From the IMG/VR virus record IMGVR_UViG_3300028833_000002: a stretch of DNA of 64,000 nt; one strand, given 5' to 3'. The translations under genes and the position numbers were made by a program. Of the stretch, positions 55,252-64,000 are shown in pieces. This DNA is from a virus (lineage: Duplodnaviria; Heunggongvirae; Uroviricota; Caudoviricetes). Every line of letters begins with the position of its first letter. The stretch's first letter is position 1. The notes under the pieces are model-generated. The model was not told the DNA's origin, did no database searches, and saw only the letters and a list, made by a program, of their open reading frames with translations.

Positions 55252-55643
55252 TTTTTCACCTCCACCAAATCGTTATGGTATTTGTTGTTGACCCGAAAAG
55301 AGGGATCTGTAAAAAGCCGCTCAAAAGTTAAATCATCAAGTTCCCAATAAGGTATTCGTATAAGTGGGATACCTTTGGATAAACAATAAGCGTTTTTTCT
55401 TCTATCCCACTCCTATTGACGTTGAAAAGCGATTTTATATTTATGGAAATATGGTATATAACGGAAGTGTTGTTCTCCGTCTACTTCCAGGAGGCACACT
55501 AATTTCCCATTTTTAAAAACCGCAAAATCAAATCGGAGTGATTTTCCTCTTAAACTCTTACAATCTGGAAATATAAATTCTCTTTTGAATTGTAATCCTT
55601 TCTCAGAAAGTAATTTAGCTATTTTGTCTTCTCCTTTTGACAT
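55248..55643 (-). CDS. PD-(D/E)xK endonuclease, DUF559/DUF2726/Vsr-like (131 aa; 1 TAG)
   Basis: SKGEDKI...REFIF...LRFDF...LEVDGEQH...Q(TAG)EWDRRKNAYC..KGIPLIRIPYW; TGA overlaps the next ATG. Confidence 0.85.
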
Positions 55644-56458
55644 TAAAGGTCATCTCGCCTAACTGGTGGGGGTGGTGGCGGAGGAGGACAAGGCGGAATA
55701 TAATTTGTTACCTTTTCTGGCTTAAAGTAAGGCTGAATAGGAACTTCACCATCTACAACATGATATGTCGCAATATGATAAAGTAATCTACCATCGCCCG
55801 AAATTGGAATACCCAACGGATATTTCTTTTGGAACTTCTTAATAGCATCTTCATAAGAGTCTTTATTCCACTCATAAGAATCACAATCTAAACAAGCAGA
55901 GAAGTGAGTTGTATTTATTACATCTCTCTTTGGCGGCTCTGGTGCTGGTGCATTAATAGCCCACTCTCTCCAATCTACTAAACCAAGCTGAATTTCTTCA
56001 AGTGAAGTTTGACTTAAATCATAGTCAACTAAATAAAAGGCTTCCTTACAGAACTTTAATTCATATAGTTCAGATTCAGCATTGTATTCAAACTTAAGTA
56101 AGATATAATACTTCCCAACCATATAAACCATATTAACTCGATTAATACTATCAAATTTTGATAAGAAAAGTTTGCCATTCCAGTCTGAATTATCAAATGT
56201 AATTTCTTGTGGTAAATAGTTGTCTTCATTGATTATAGGAAGGCCATCGAATCCCGGAATAAGTATTGCTTCATTAACTTGTTCATATGCTTCAGCCGGG
56301 CTGCCTAGGCAATTCTATAATAATGATAATGTTTTGAAATAGTCAACTTTAAAGCCGCACATTTCAAAATGATTACAAGTCAAACATCTTGGATTAATCT
56401 GTGTATGCTTTGGCGGCACACATGGAGGTATCGGTACAATTATACTAGGATTAAACAA
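55643..56458 (-). CDS. Pro/Cys-rich hypothetical protein (271 aa; 1 TAG at codon 48)
   Basis: TTG start after GAGGTG RBS, in frame with track ORF 55643-56131 across TAG 56315. CLTC..F..C and CLDC motifs; poly-Pro C-terminus. Confidence 0.7.
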
Positions 56459-56476
56459 TTTTATCACCTCTTTATA

Positions 56477-56504
56477 CAAAAATAAGGGAGTCCATGCTCC
56501 CTTA
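56477..56504 (-). terminator. Terminator after the ligase
   Basis: UAAGGGAG/CUCCCUUA 8-bp stem followed by UUUUU. Confidence 0.8.
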
Positions 56505-56535
56505 ATAATGTAGAAAATATACAGTAGGTTTACAA

Positions 56536-57654
56536 TCAGTTAACAATCTGACTGAAATCACAATCCTCTGGTTTCTTGTCATCTCTCCAATTTTCGATAC
56601 GTCCGTGCCTGAGAGAGTATTCACCATCAATACATTCAATTTCCATTGCTGTAAGTGCAGCAACCTTATCTTTAAACTTATCTGGATTAGCCTTGATTTC
56701 ATCGGGGATATTGCTAATCCATGCGATATGCTTTGGCTTACCGTTATCCATTACCGAGAATGAGATGGCTGACACCCAACCATTATAATAACCTTTGGTA
56801 ACTGGAATAATCGGCGCACCATTTGTGTATTCGATAAAGTGGCAACCATCAAGTCTTTTTTCTGTTCTGTCGTCAATCCAATAAGGCCATGTTTCAAGTT
56901 CCCTACCATTGTGAGTTTTTGTTGGTGTGTGAATTTTTGTTGGTGGTTTTATCGCACCGTCACAGAAAGCATCAATGGTATCTTCAAGTTCTTTCTTTAA
57001 CTTTAAAGTCTTCCATGCTGGACGCTTGCCTGGATAATATTCACTATCAATATGAGTGATTACAATACCCTCGCCGCCATTTTCAATGGTATTGAGATAG
57101 AGTTCCCAAAGTTCCTCGCCCTTAACATAATTAGAGATTTCAACATGTTCATTCGGCGCAATCTTATTAAGGGTTGAAATTCTATTAATGAACTTTGTTT
57201 TCAACATAGATTTGCCGGCATAAGCAACAATATCAAAAACATAGAAGTGAAGCCATTCGCCCTTTTCCTGTTTTGAAAGACAAGTATCTTTTAAACAGTT
57301 AAGCACTGAAGTAACTTTACGGCTACCCTCATTGTCCGGAAAATAAATTTCACCAATGAGAACAGTGCCATTTGGAAGAGCTTCAAGTTCCTTACAGATA
57401 TGAGGAATCCATTCTGCCTTATCTGCGTAGCCGCCATTTACTGATTCTGTTCTGCTTCTTGAGTGGAAGTTGCCGTCCATGTCCTTAATAATCATAGTCC
57501 AGATACCGTCCATCTTTCGGCTACCGTAGTAATATTCGCTAAACACAAGTTCCTTTGCCTTAGCCTTTTTATTACCCTTAAAAGTCTTAGCAAAGCTGTA
57601 ATACTTCATTGCATCGAGATTGAAAAAGTCTACGCCATCAATAAAAATTTCCAT
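56536..57654 (-). CDS. ATP-dependent DNA ligase (372 aa)
   Basis: Motif I KMDG, III LIGEI, IIIa YVFDI, IV EGIVI, V LKLKK and a C-terminal OB fold with R.DK. Confidence 0.92.
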   Translation of the reverse strand: MEIFIDGVDFFNLDAMKYYSFAKTFKGNKKAKAKELVFSEYYYGSRKMDGIWTMIIKDMDGNFHSRSRTESVNGGYADKAEWIPHICKELEALPNGTVLIGEIYFPDNEGSRKVTSVLNCLKDTCLSKQEKGEWLHFYVFDIVAYAGKSMLKTKFINRISTLNKIAPNEHVEISNYVKGEELWELYLNTIENGGEGIVITHIDSEYYPGKRPAWKTLKLKKELEDTIDAFCDGAIKPPTKIHTPTKTHNGRELETWPYWIDDRTEKRLDGCHFIEYTNGAPIIPVTKGYYNGWVSAISFSVMDNGKPKHIAWISNIPDEIKANPDKFKDKVAALTAMEIECIDGEYSLRHGRIENWRDDKKPEDCDFSQIVN

Positions 57655-57657
57655 AAA

Positions 57658-58179
57658 TTACTCCTCTTCCATTATAAAAGTTTCTACAAAAATTGTTGCT
57701 TCTTGCATGAGTTCATCGAGTCCACGGTTGTTATCAATAACAATGTCATACTGATAATTCTCCACATTATCGTCGGCATGGTTGCCATAAGATATTGGTT
57801 CTCCTCTCTGAACAATCATTGTTAAAGCATTAAAGTCTTCAACAAATCTTTTTATCTCTTCCGGTTCGCGGCAATCAATAAATAAAAGGTCACAAGGGGT
57901 TTCAGCATTACGATACTCATCAATTTTTTCTTTCATGTTCTGATATGGAACATCTTTCCATCTTGTAAGAGCATCTTTAAGGTCAGAAAGAAAACGTCTG
58001 TCTTCCGGGGTCTTGCCGCCATCCCAACCAAAAATCTTTGCTCTCATTTTTACATAATCAATAGTAGATGTAATCTTTACATTTTTACCTCTCGCTTCGG
58101 CTATCTTAGCTACCATAGTTTCGAAGGACGTCTTCCCCGAGCTACCTCTCCCATTAACAATTACAATTTTAATTTTCAC
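57658..58179 (-). CDS. P-loop deoxynucleoside monophosphate kinase-like protein (173 aa)
   Basis: IVIVNGRGSSGKTS, RRFLSDL, FIDCREPEEI and IVIDN. Confidence 0.75.
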   Translation of the reverse strand: MKIKIVIVNGRGSSGKTSFETMVAKIAEARGKNVKITSTIDYVKMRAKIFGWDGGKTPEDRRFLSDLKDALTRWKDVPYQNMKEKIDEYRNAETPCDLLFIDCREPEEIKRFVEDFNALTMIVQRGEPISYGNHADDNVENYQYDIVIDNNRGLDELMQEATIFVETFIMEEE

Positions 58180-59137
58180 TCAACTCCTTTCTTGCTTCAT
58201 CAAGGTCATCATCATACCAAACACTATTGCCACCACTTTCTGTCATCTGCAACATTGTTATCGCTTCATCAAGTGTTACAATATTAATTGGATTTGGTAT
58301 ATTACTATCAAAGCCATATTTCTTTAAGAACTTACCAAGATGTTCAATCTGACTGTCATCGCCGAGGAAAGTATAAAGGTGGATATTACCTTCCTTAGCA
58401 GATTCCCAAATAAGACTGAATAGTGGGTATGAGGCTTCGGTATCATCGAGAACAAAATGTACAAATGGCTTATCTTCATTAGAACGAGTTACTGTAAAAG
58501 TTGCTCTATCCGGAAATTCATAAAATCTTTCAAAAGCATCATAATTACCCGTTACAAAACGAAGTGAATTACCTTCAATTATTCTCTTATAGTCCTTATC
58601 TTCTGGCGTATAAAAACTATAAATATTTTGTAATGTAGAAGGTCTAAGGTATCTTAGCGGCTGGAAAATCTCAATGAATTCCTTTGAGTAATCCATGCGG
58701 AAGTCTACATTAACAATAGGATTAAAACTGTCAATCAATATGGTATTACCTTTAAGTTTCTTAATCTTCTTTAAAGAAGAATATCTCTTAATATCAGGGT
58801 AATACTTCTTAAAATAATCCTTTTCTGCTTTACTAGCAAAATCGCCATAAAGGTAAACAGCACTATTACCATGAGCGTAAGATAATGCAACCTTTACTAT
58901 CTTTAAACTTATTAAAGAAAATACATCAGTGTTATAAACTACCACTACATTAGTAGGAGCAGCCTGAGAAATCATTTCTTTATAAGTAGATACAAATTTC
59001 GCGGCGATATTACATATTGATAAATCAGCGTAATCCAAATTTCCAAGTCCAAGGTGATTATATTCAAGGTTTAAATCATTCATCAGACTTAGGAAATTAA
59101 TCTTATCTGTTAGTGATAAATCATCTCTTAATTTCAT
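58169..59137 (-). CDS. Hypothetical protein (322 aa)
   Basis: Long TAG-free ORF with AGGAGG RBS directly below promoter 59168-59196; no motif I can assign. Confidence 0.8.
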   Translation of the reverse strand: MKLRDDLSLTDKINFLSLMNDLNLEYNHLGLGNLDYADLSICNIAAKFVSTYKEMISQAAPTNVVVVYNTDVFSLISLKIVKVALSYAHGNSAVYLYGDFASKAEKDYFKKYYPDIKRYSSLKKIKKLKGNTILIDSFNPIVNVDFRMDYSKEFIEIFQPLRYLRPSTLQNIYSFYTPEDKDYKRIIEGNSLRFVTGNYDAFERFYEFPDRATFTVTRSNEDKPFVHFVLDDTEASYPLFSLIWESAKEGNIHLYTFLGDDSQIEHLGKFLKKYGFDSNIPNPINIVTLDEAITMLQMTESGGNSVWYDDDLDEARKELSEN

Positions 59138-59167
59138 CTAACATCCTCCTTTTCTTTATTTTACTTA

Positions 59168-59196
59168 ATTATAACATAAAATTTTTAAAATGTAAA
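59168..59196 (-). promoter_or_regulatory. sigma-A promoter (leftward arm of the divergent region)
   Basis: TTTACA-N17-TATAAT with TATG. Confidence 0.8.
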
Positions 59197-59310
59197 TAGA
59201 TAAACTTCTTATACTATTTATATTATATATTAATAATAAAATACCACAACTTACTTTAAAAGTAAAGATTTTCACTTTATTAAAGCAATAACTTAACCAA
59301 AGCAAATCTC

Positions 59311-59339
59311 TTGACTTTTTCTGTAAGTTGTAGTATTAT
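59311..59339 (+). promoter_or_regulatory. sigma-A-like promoter (rightward arm)
   Basis: TTGACT-N17-TATTAT upstream of the HPr-like gene. Confidence 0.6.
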
Positions 59340-59368
59340 ATAAAATAGAAAGAGTGAGGTGGAATAAA

Positions 59369-59620
59369 ATGGAAATTAAACTAAAATTAACAGATAATCT
59401 TAATAATAGAAATGCGGCGAACTTAGTAAACTCTTTAAGAGAACTATCATCGTCTGTATTTATATACAAGGATTCTGGCAGAAAAGTTAATGGTAAAACG
59501 TTGGTGGGTCTTTTATCAGAAAACTTTTTAAAAAATGAGATTATAAATGTAAATTTTAGTAATCTTGACGAACTGAGTAGATTATAGAGTATCTTTTCAT
59601 ATTATGGGAAAATTATTTAA
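59369..59620 (+). CDS. HPr-like phosphocarrier homologue (83 aa; TAG at codon 73)
   Basis: LNNRNAANLV...SSVFIYKDSGRKVNGKTLVGLLS aligns to HPr LHARPAA.LV...S.I......VNAKSIMGVMS. It reaches full HPr length only if TAG 59585 is read through to TAA 59618. Confidence 0.75.
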
Positions 59621-59632
59621 GGAGGCGATTAT

Positions 59633-59920
59633 ATGGACTATAGAATGTGGAAATGCACGGCAAATGCTGGCGAAAATTGTGTCCCTTTAATCAAGGCGTC
59701 GATGAAAACAAACGATGGTATTAACTCTAATACTCCTCTACAGTTTATTGCCTTTGAAGCTGCAAGTGGAACAAAGTTCTATCTTAATGATTCAAAAGAA
59801 CCTATGGAAGTTCCTTCAACTGGTAAATTTATTACTCCTTTTGATGGACAGCGTGGAATGAAGATTTGGTCTTTAAAATTTAAGAACAGATTTTCTGGTA
59901 ATATTTACTATATTGTGTGA
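59633..59920 (+). CDS. Hypothetical protein (95 aa)
   Basis: AAGGAGG RBS; beta-rich FEAASGTKFYLN...VPSTGKF; lies between the HPr-like gene and the fibre. Confidence 0.75.
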   Translation: MDYRMWKCTANAGENCVPLIKASMKTNDGINSNTPLQFIAFEAASGTKFYLNDSKEPMEVPSTGKFITPFDGQRGMKIWSLKFKNRFSGNIYYIV

Positions 59921-59930
59921 GGTGTTTTAA

Positions 59931-62900
59931 ATGGGAAGTTTCTTTGACCCATTCGGCGGCACTGGCTCTAGTAGCGGTGGCGGCGGAGGAGGTGGCGGTG
60001 GAAGTACCGCAACTTATTCTGTAGAGAAAAATACAAATGCCCAAACAGGAGAAGTTACTTACTCACTCACTAAAACAGATGGCGGCGCAACAGTTGAAGT
60101 TGGCGACTTAATCGGTTTTAATGGTAATGAAATTCTTGTTTAGAGTGGCAATCAGATTAAACTCTTAAATGGAGTTATCGCTGATATTAATACTAAGTTA
60201 TCTGCACAGTATAATTTCACAACATTTACTGCTCTTGGTATTAATACTTCGGGAAAAACTTTAAAGCAGATTACGGATGAACTTATTGTTAAGAATTTAC
60301 CACAGAACACAATAGTTACTGGTCAGATTTACTCAAAGGCTTTACCTTTTAGCGGCAATGCAGAAGCTGAAGTTATGGTTAATCAGCCAGCATATTGGTG
60401 GAAGGTATGTTCACTTACAAATGCTCCTTATAGTTGGAACGCTATTACAGCAGCAAGTTCTTGGGGTAATAATGGTATTGTACTTGACTGGACCCCAACA
60501 TATTACACACTTCCAGTCGCAACTGCAAATAAACTTGGCGGCGTAAAGATTGGTGCAAACGTTAATGTTGCTAACGATGGTACAATTAGCGTTTATAAGG
60601 GCGTTAAATCTTTTGGACTTATTGATACAGATGGCTTAGAAAAAACTTATCGTGTTGTATTTAGTGATGATACCACATATGATTTAGTTATCACAGATGG
60701 TGCTACTGGCGCAACCGGTAATGGTATTGCTTCTATTACAAAGGTATCAAGTGAACAGTATACAGACCTTTATCAGATTACCTATACAGATGGCACAACT
60801 TATGAGTTCTCAATTCATAATGGTGAGCCGGGCACAAATGGTGAAGACGGTAATGGTGTTAAAGGTGCAACAGTTGATGCAAGCGGCCATTTAATCCTTA
60901 CTTTAGATGATGACATTACAATAGATGCTGGCATTGTAAAAGGTGCAGATGGTCAGGCTGGTGCAACCGGTGCCGACGGTAATGGTGTTAAAAATGCTAC
61001 AGTTGATAACAACGGTCACTTAATTCTTACATTAGACGACAACACAGTTATTGACGCTGGTGTAGCAAAAGGTGAAGACGGTAAATCAATTGAAATCAAA
61101 GGTTCTTTTGATGACCCTTCAGAATTGCCAGATGAAGGAAACGAAATTGGTGATACTTACCTTATCAATGGACACCTTTGGATTTATGATGGTCAGAGTG
61201 GCAGCGGAAGAGTTAATGGATTTAAGGACAATGGTTCTATTCAAGGTACTCCGGGCCGTGGTATTACATCAATAACTGGTCCTGTTTCAGCCGGACTTAT
61301 TGATACATACACAATTAATTTCTCAGATGGAACAACAACAACATTCCAAGTAACCAATGGTGCTAACGGCACGAATGGTAACGATGGTGCGGCAGGTAGA
61401 GGAATTGTTAAGATCGAAGAAACCGCTGAATCAAACGGTGTTCACACTTACACAATTACCTATACAGATGGTACATCATCTGCTTTTTATGTTACTGATG
61501 GTAGCGATGGTTCAAACGGTGCTGCTGGACGTGGTATCACAACAGTTGCAAAAACATCAACAGCCGCAAATGTTGATACATATACTATCTCATATACTGA
61601 TGGTACAACATCAACATTTAATGTATCAAATGGTGTAAACGGAACTAATGGTACAAACGGTGAAGATGGTGTTTCAGTAACATCTGCTACAGTAAATGCA
61701 CAGGGACATCTTATTATTTCACTTAGTTCAGGTAGTCCTATTGATGCCGGCGAAGTTCAGGGTAAAGATGGTACATCTATCAATATCATTGATAGCTTGG
61801 AAAGCTCTTCAGACCTTCCTTCAACTGGTCAGACAAAAGGTGACGCTTACCTTATCGGCGGCGACATGTGGGTTTACACAGGCACAACAGAAGCTGGCTC
61901 AGTAAACGGCTTTAAGAATGTTGGTCAGATTCAGGGTCCGGCTGGTCGTGGTATTTCAGCTGCTTCTATTTTAAACGGAAATCTTTATTTAACATACACA
62001 GACTCTGCAACTCCAGTTCTTGTTGGTGCTGTTAAGGGTGCAGATGGTAAGGGTATTGCAAGTATTACTGGTCCAGTATCTGCTGGTCTACAGGACACTT
62101 ACACAATAACTTACACAGATAACACTACTTCAACATTTACCGTAACAAACGGTGCGCAAGGTCCAGCTGGTCCTAGCGGCAGAGGTATTTCTTCAATTAC
62201 TAAGACTGGCACAAACGGTTTAGTTGACACCTATACAATTACCTACACATCTGGCGCAAGCTCAACTTTTACCGTAACAAACGGTGCAAATGGTACAGAT
62301 GGTCAGAATGGTAATGATGGCGTTGGCATTGTATCAATTACTAAGACTGGTTCTGCCGGAAAAGTTGATACATATACAATTCTCTTATCAAACAACCAAA
62401 CAAAAACATTTACCGTAACAAACGGTAATGATGGTTCTAACGGTACTGATGGTGTTGGTATTAAGTCAGTTACAAAGACTGGTACGGTTGGTAAAAAGAA
62501 TACTTATCAGGTTGTTCTTACAGACGACACAGTTGCTCTCACATTTGACATTACTGATGGTGCTGATGGCGCAAACGGTAATGATGGTGATGACGGTGTA
62601 TCTGTTACTAACGCGGCAGTAGATGAAACTGGACACTTAATTATCACACTTTCAGAAGGTGACCCAATAGATGCCGGCTATGTTATTGGTGATGAGGGTA
62701 GGGGAGTAAGTTCAATTGCAAAGACTTCAACAGAAGGACTTGTAGACACTTACACAATAACCTACTCAGACGATACTACAGAAACCTTTACAGTAACAAA
62801 CGGTGCGACTGGTGCTGCTGGTAGAGGAATTAGTGGTATTGCAAAGACTGGTACATCCGGAAAGGTTGATACCTATACAATTACCTTTACAGACTCAACC

Positions 62901-64000
62901 CAGACAACCTTTACCGTAACAAACGGTAATGACGGCGCGAATGGTAGAGGTATTAAATCAGTTACTCTTACAGACACAGAAGGTCTGGTAAAAACCTATA
63001 CAATAACATTCACAGATAACACTACAACAACCTTTACTGTTAATGATGGTGCACAGGGTGTACAAGGTCCGGCTGGTAATGGTATTAAGTCAATCGCAAA
63101 AACTGGTACTGCCGGCAAAGTTGATACCTATACAATCACATTAGATGATAACACTACAGAAACCTTTACGGTAACAAATGGTAATGACGGTACAAATGGT
63201 GTATCTGTTACTAACGCGGCAATCAATAGTGATGGAGAACTCGTTCTTACATTAAGCAACAGCACTTCTAAGAATGTTGGTGTAGTTGTTGGTGCTACTG
63301 GTCGTGGCATTGCAAGTATCTCTGGCCCAGTTACAGACGGACTTATTGACACTTACACAATCAATTACACAGACGGCTTAAATCCAACCACTTTCCAAAT
63401 CACTAATGGTGAAAATGGACTTCCTGGCGCGCCGGGTCGTGGTATTTCAAGCGTCTCAAAAACAAGTTCAGATGGACTCGTTGATACTTACACAATCACT
63501 TATACAAGTGGTGCAAGTTCAACATTCACTGTAACGAACGGTGCGACAGGTGCTACTGGTAATGGTATCGCTTCTATTACTGGTCCAGTTTCAGAAGGTT
63601 TAACTGACACATATACAATCAACTTTACAAACGGTACATCAACAACATTTGATGTTATCAATGGTGCGACTGGCGCAACAGGTAATGGTATTTCATCAAT
63701 TACTGGTCCAACTTCAGATGGTAATGTTGATACTTATACAATTAACTACACAAATGGTACAACATCGACATTTACCGTAACTAACGGAACCAACGGTACA
63801 AACGGAACTAATGGTCGTGGTATTGTATCAATCCTTAAAACTGGTACACAAGGTCTCGTTGACACCTACACAATTACCTACACAGACAACACAACATCTA
63901 CTTTCACCGTAACAAACGGTGCTGATGGTTCTGGCGGTGGCGGCGGAGTAGTTGAACGTTATGTTCCTAAATATGCACACCGTGAAGGTAATGACGTATA
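59931..64000 (+). CDS. Giant repeat-rich collagen-like fibre/adhesin (>1356 aa, runs off the window; single TAG at codon 71)
   Basis: ATG 59931 after GAGGTG. After TAG 60141 the frame is open to the window end. YTLPVATANKLGGVKIG motif and G-X-Y linkers joining tandem ~36-aa modules. Confidence 0.88.
60620..63930 (+). repeat. Intragenic tandem protein repeats of three module types
   Basis: ~18 copies of GRGI.SI.KT...GLVDTYTITYTD.T..TFTVTNG, ~6 of GVSVT.A.V...GHLII.L..G..IDAG.V.G, and 2 of G.SI.I....LP..G...GD.YLI.G..W.Y.G...NGF.N.G.IQG. Degenerate at the DNA level (e.g. recurring ACCGTAACAAACGGT). Confidence 0.9.

Noticed and set aside
29116-59265. TTTAC...GTAAA inverted repeats at promoters (29116, 45783, 50118, 59251) as a repressor operator
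   Set aside because: Spacing and orientation are inconsistent, and one arm is just the -35 box in very AT-rich DNA.
59140-59310. Replication origin in the AT-rich divergent intergenic region
   Set aside because: No iterons or DnaA boxes are recognisable; back-to-back promoters explain the composition.
60358-63352. Short alternative-frame and antisense ORFs over the fibre gene
   Set aside because: Shadows of the repetitive main frame starting at 59931.
60620-63930. CRISPR array or DNA satellite
   Set aside because: Repeats are degenerate at third codon positions and preserve an open frame; there are no identical direct repeats with unique spacers.
1-64000. CCWGG avoidance inferred from frequent CCG-GGN Pro-Gly coding
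   Set aside because: CCTGG/CCAGG do occur (e.g. about 5143, 7597, 10940) and CCG also precedes GAA; it cannot be separated from general CCGG usage without a k-mer count.

Overview
This window is a 64-kb piece of a large, AT-rich tailed phage genome. It is siphovirus-like (tape measure, Dit and Tal present; no tail sheath seen). It probably infects an anaerobic Gram-positive (Bacillota/Firmicutes) gut host, inferred from NrdD/NrdG, ThyX and sigma-A promoters with the TRTG extended -10. The phage reads TAG as a sense codon, most likely Gln (genetic code 15). The fragmented ORFs in the supplied track join in frame across TAG into full-length genes that start at a good RBS and end at TAA or TGA; none of the ~45 genes I delineated ends in TAG. 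Layout: (i) 1-26.6 kb, + strand tail module, TAG-rich: several tail-tube paralogs, a 670-aa protein with a nuclease-like motif, a 2387-aa tape measure, a 1048-aa Dit and a 2167-aa Tal/spike. (ii) 26.6-59.2 kb, - strand replication, recombination and nucleotide-metabolism genes, mostly TAG-free, driven by 11 near-consensus sigma-A promoters. (iii) 59.3-64 kb, + strand HPr-like gene and a >1350-aa modular collagen-like fibre. Most interesting signals: the TAG code switch appears to gate specific genes (RecJ, Sak4-like AAA, RuvC, lysis and tail genes, but not polymerase, helicase, primase or topoisomerase); a candidate structured ncRNA at 45061-45220 (-) with an anti-Shine-Dalgarno loop and an anticodon-less tRNA-like domain; an HPr mimic lacking His15; and a Dam-like methyltransferase with DWPY instead of DPPY in a GATC-depleted genome. 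All product calls come from motif recognition by eye, with no database searches.
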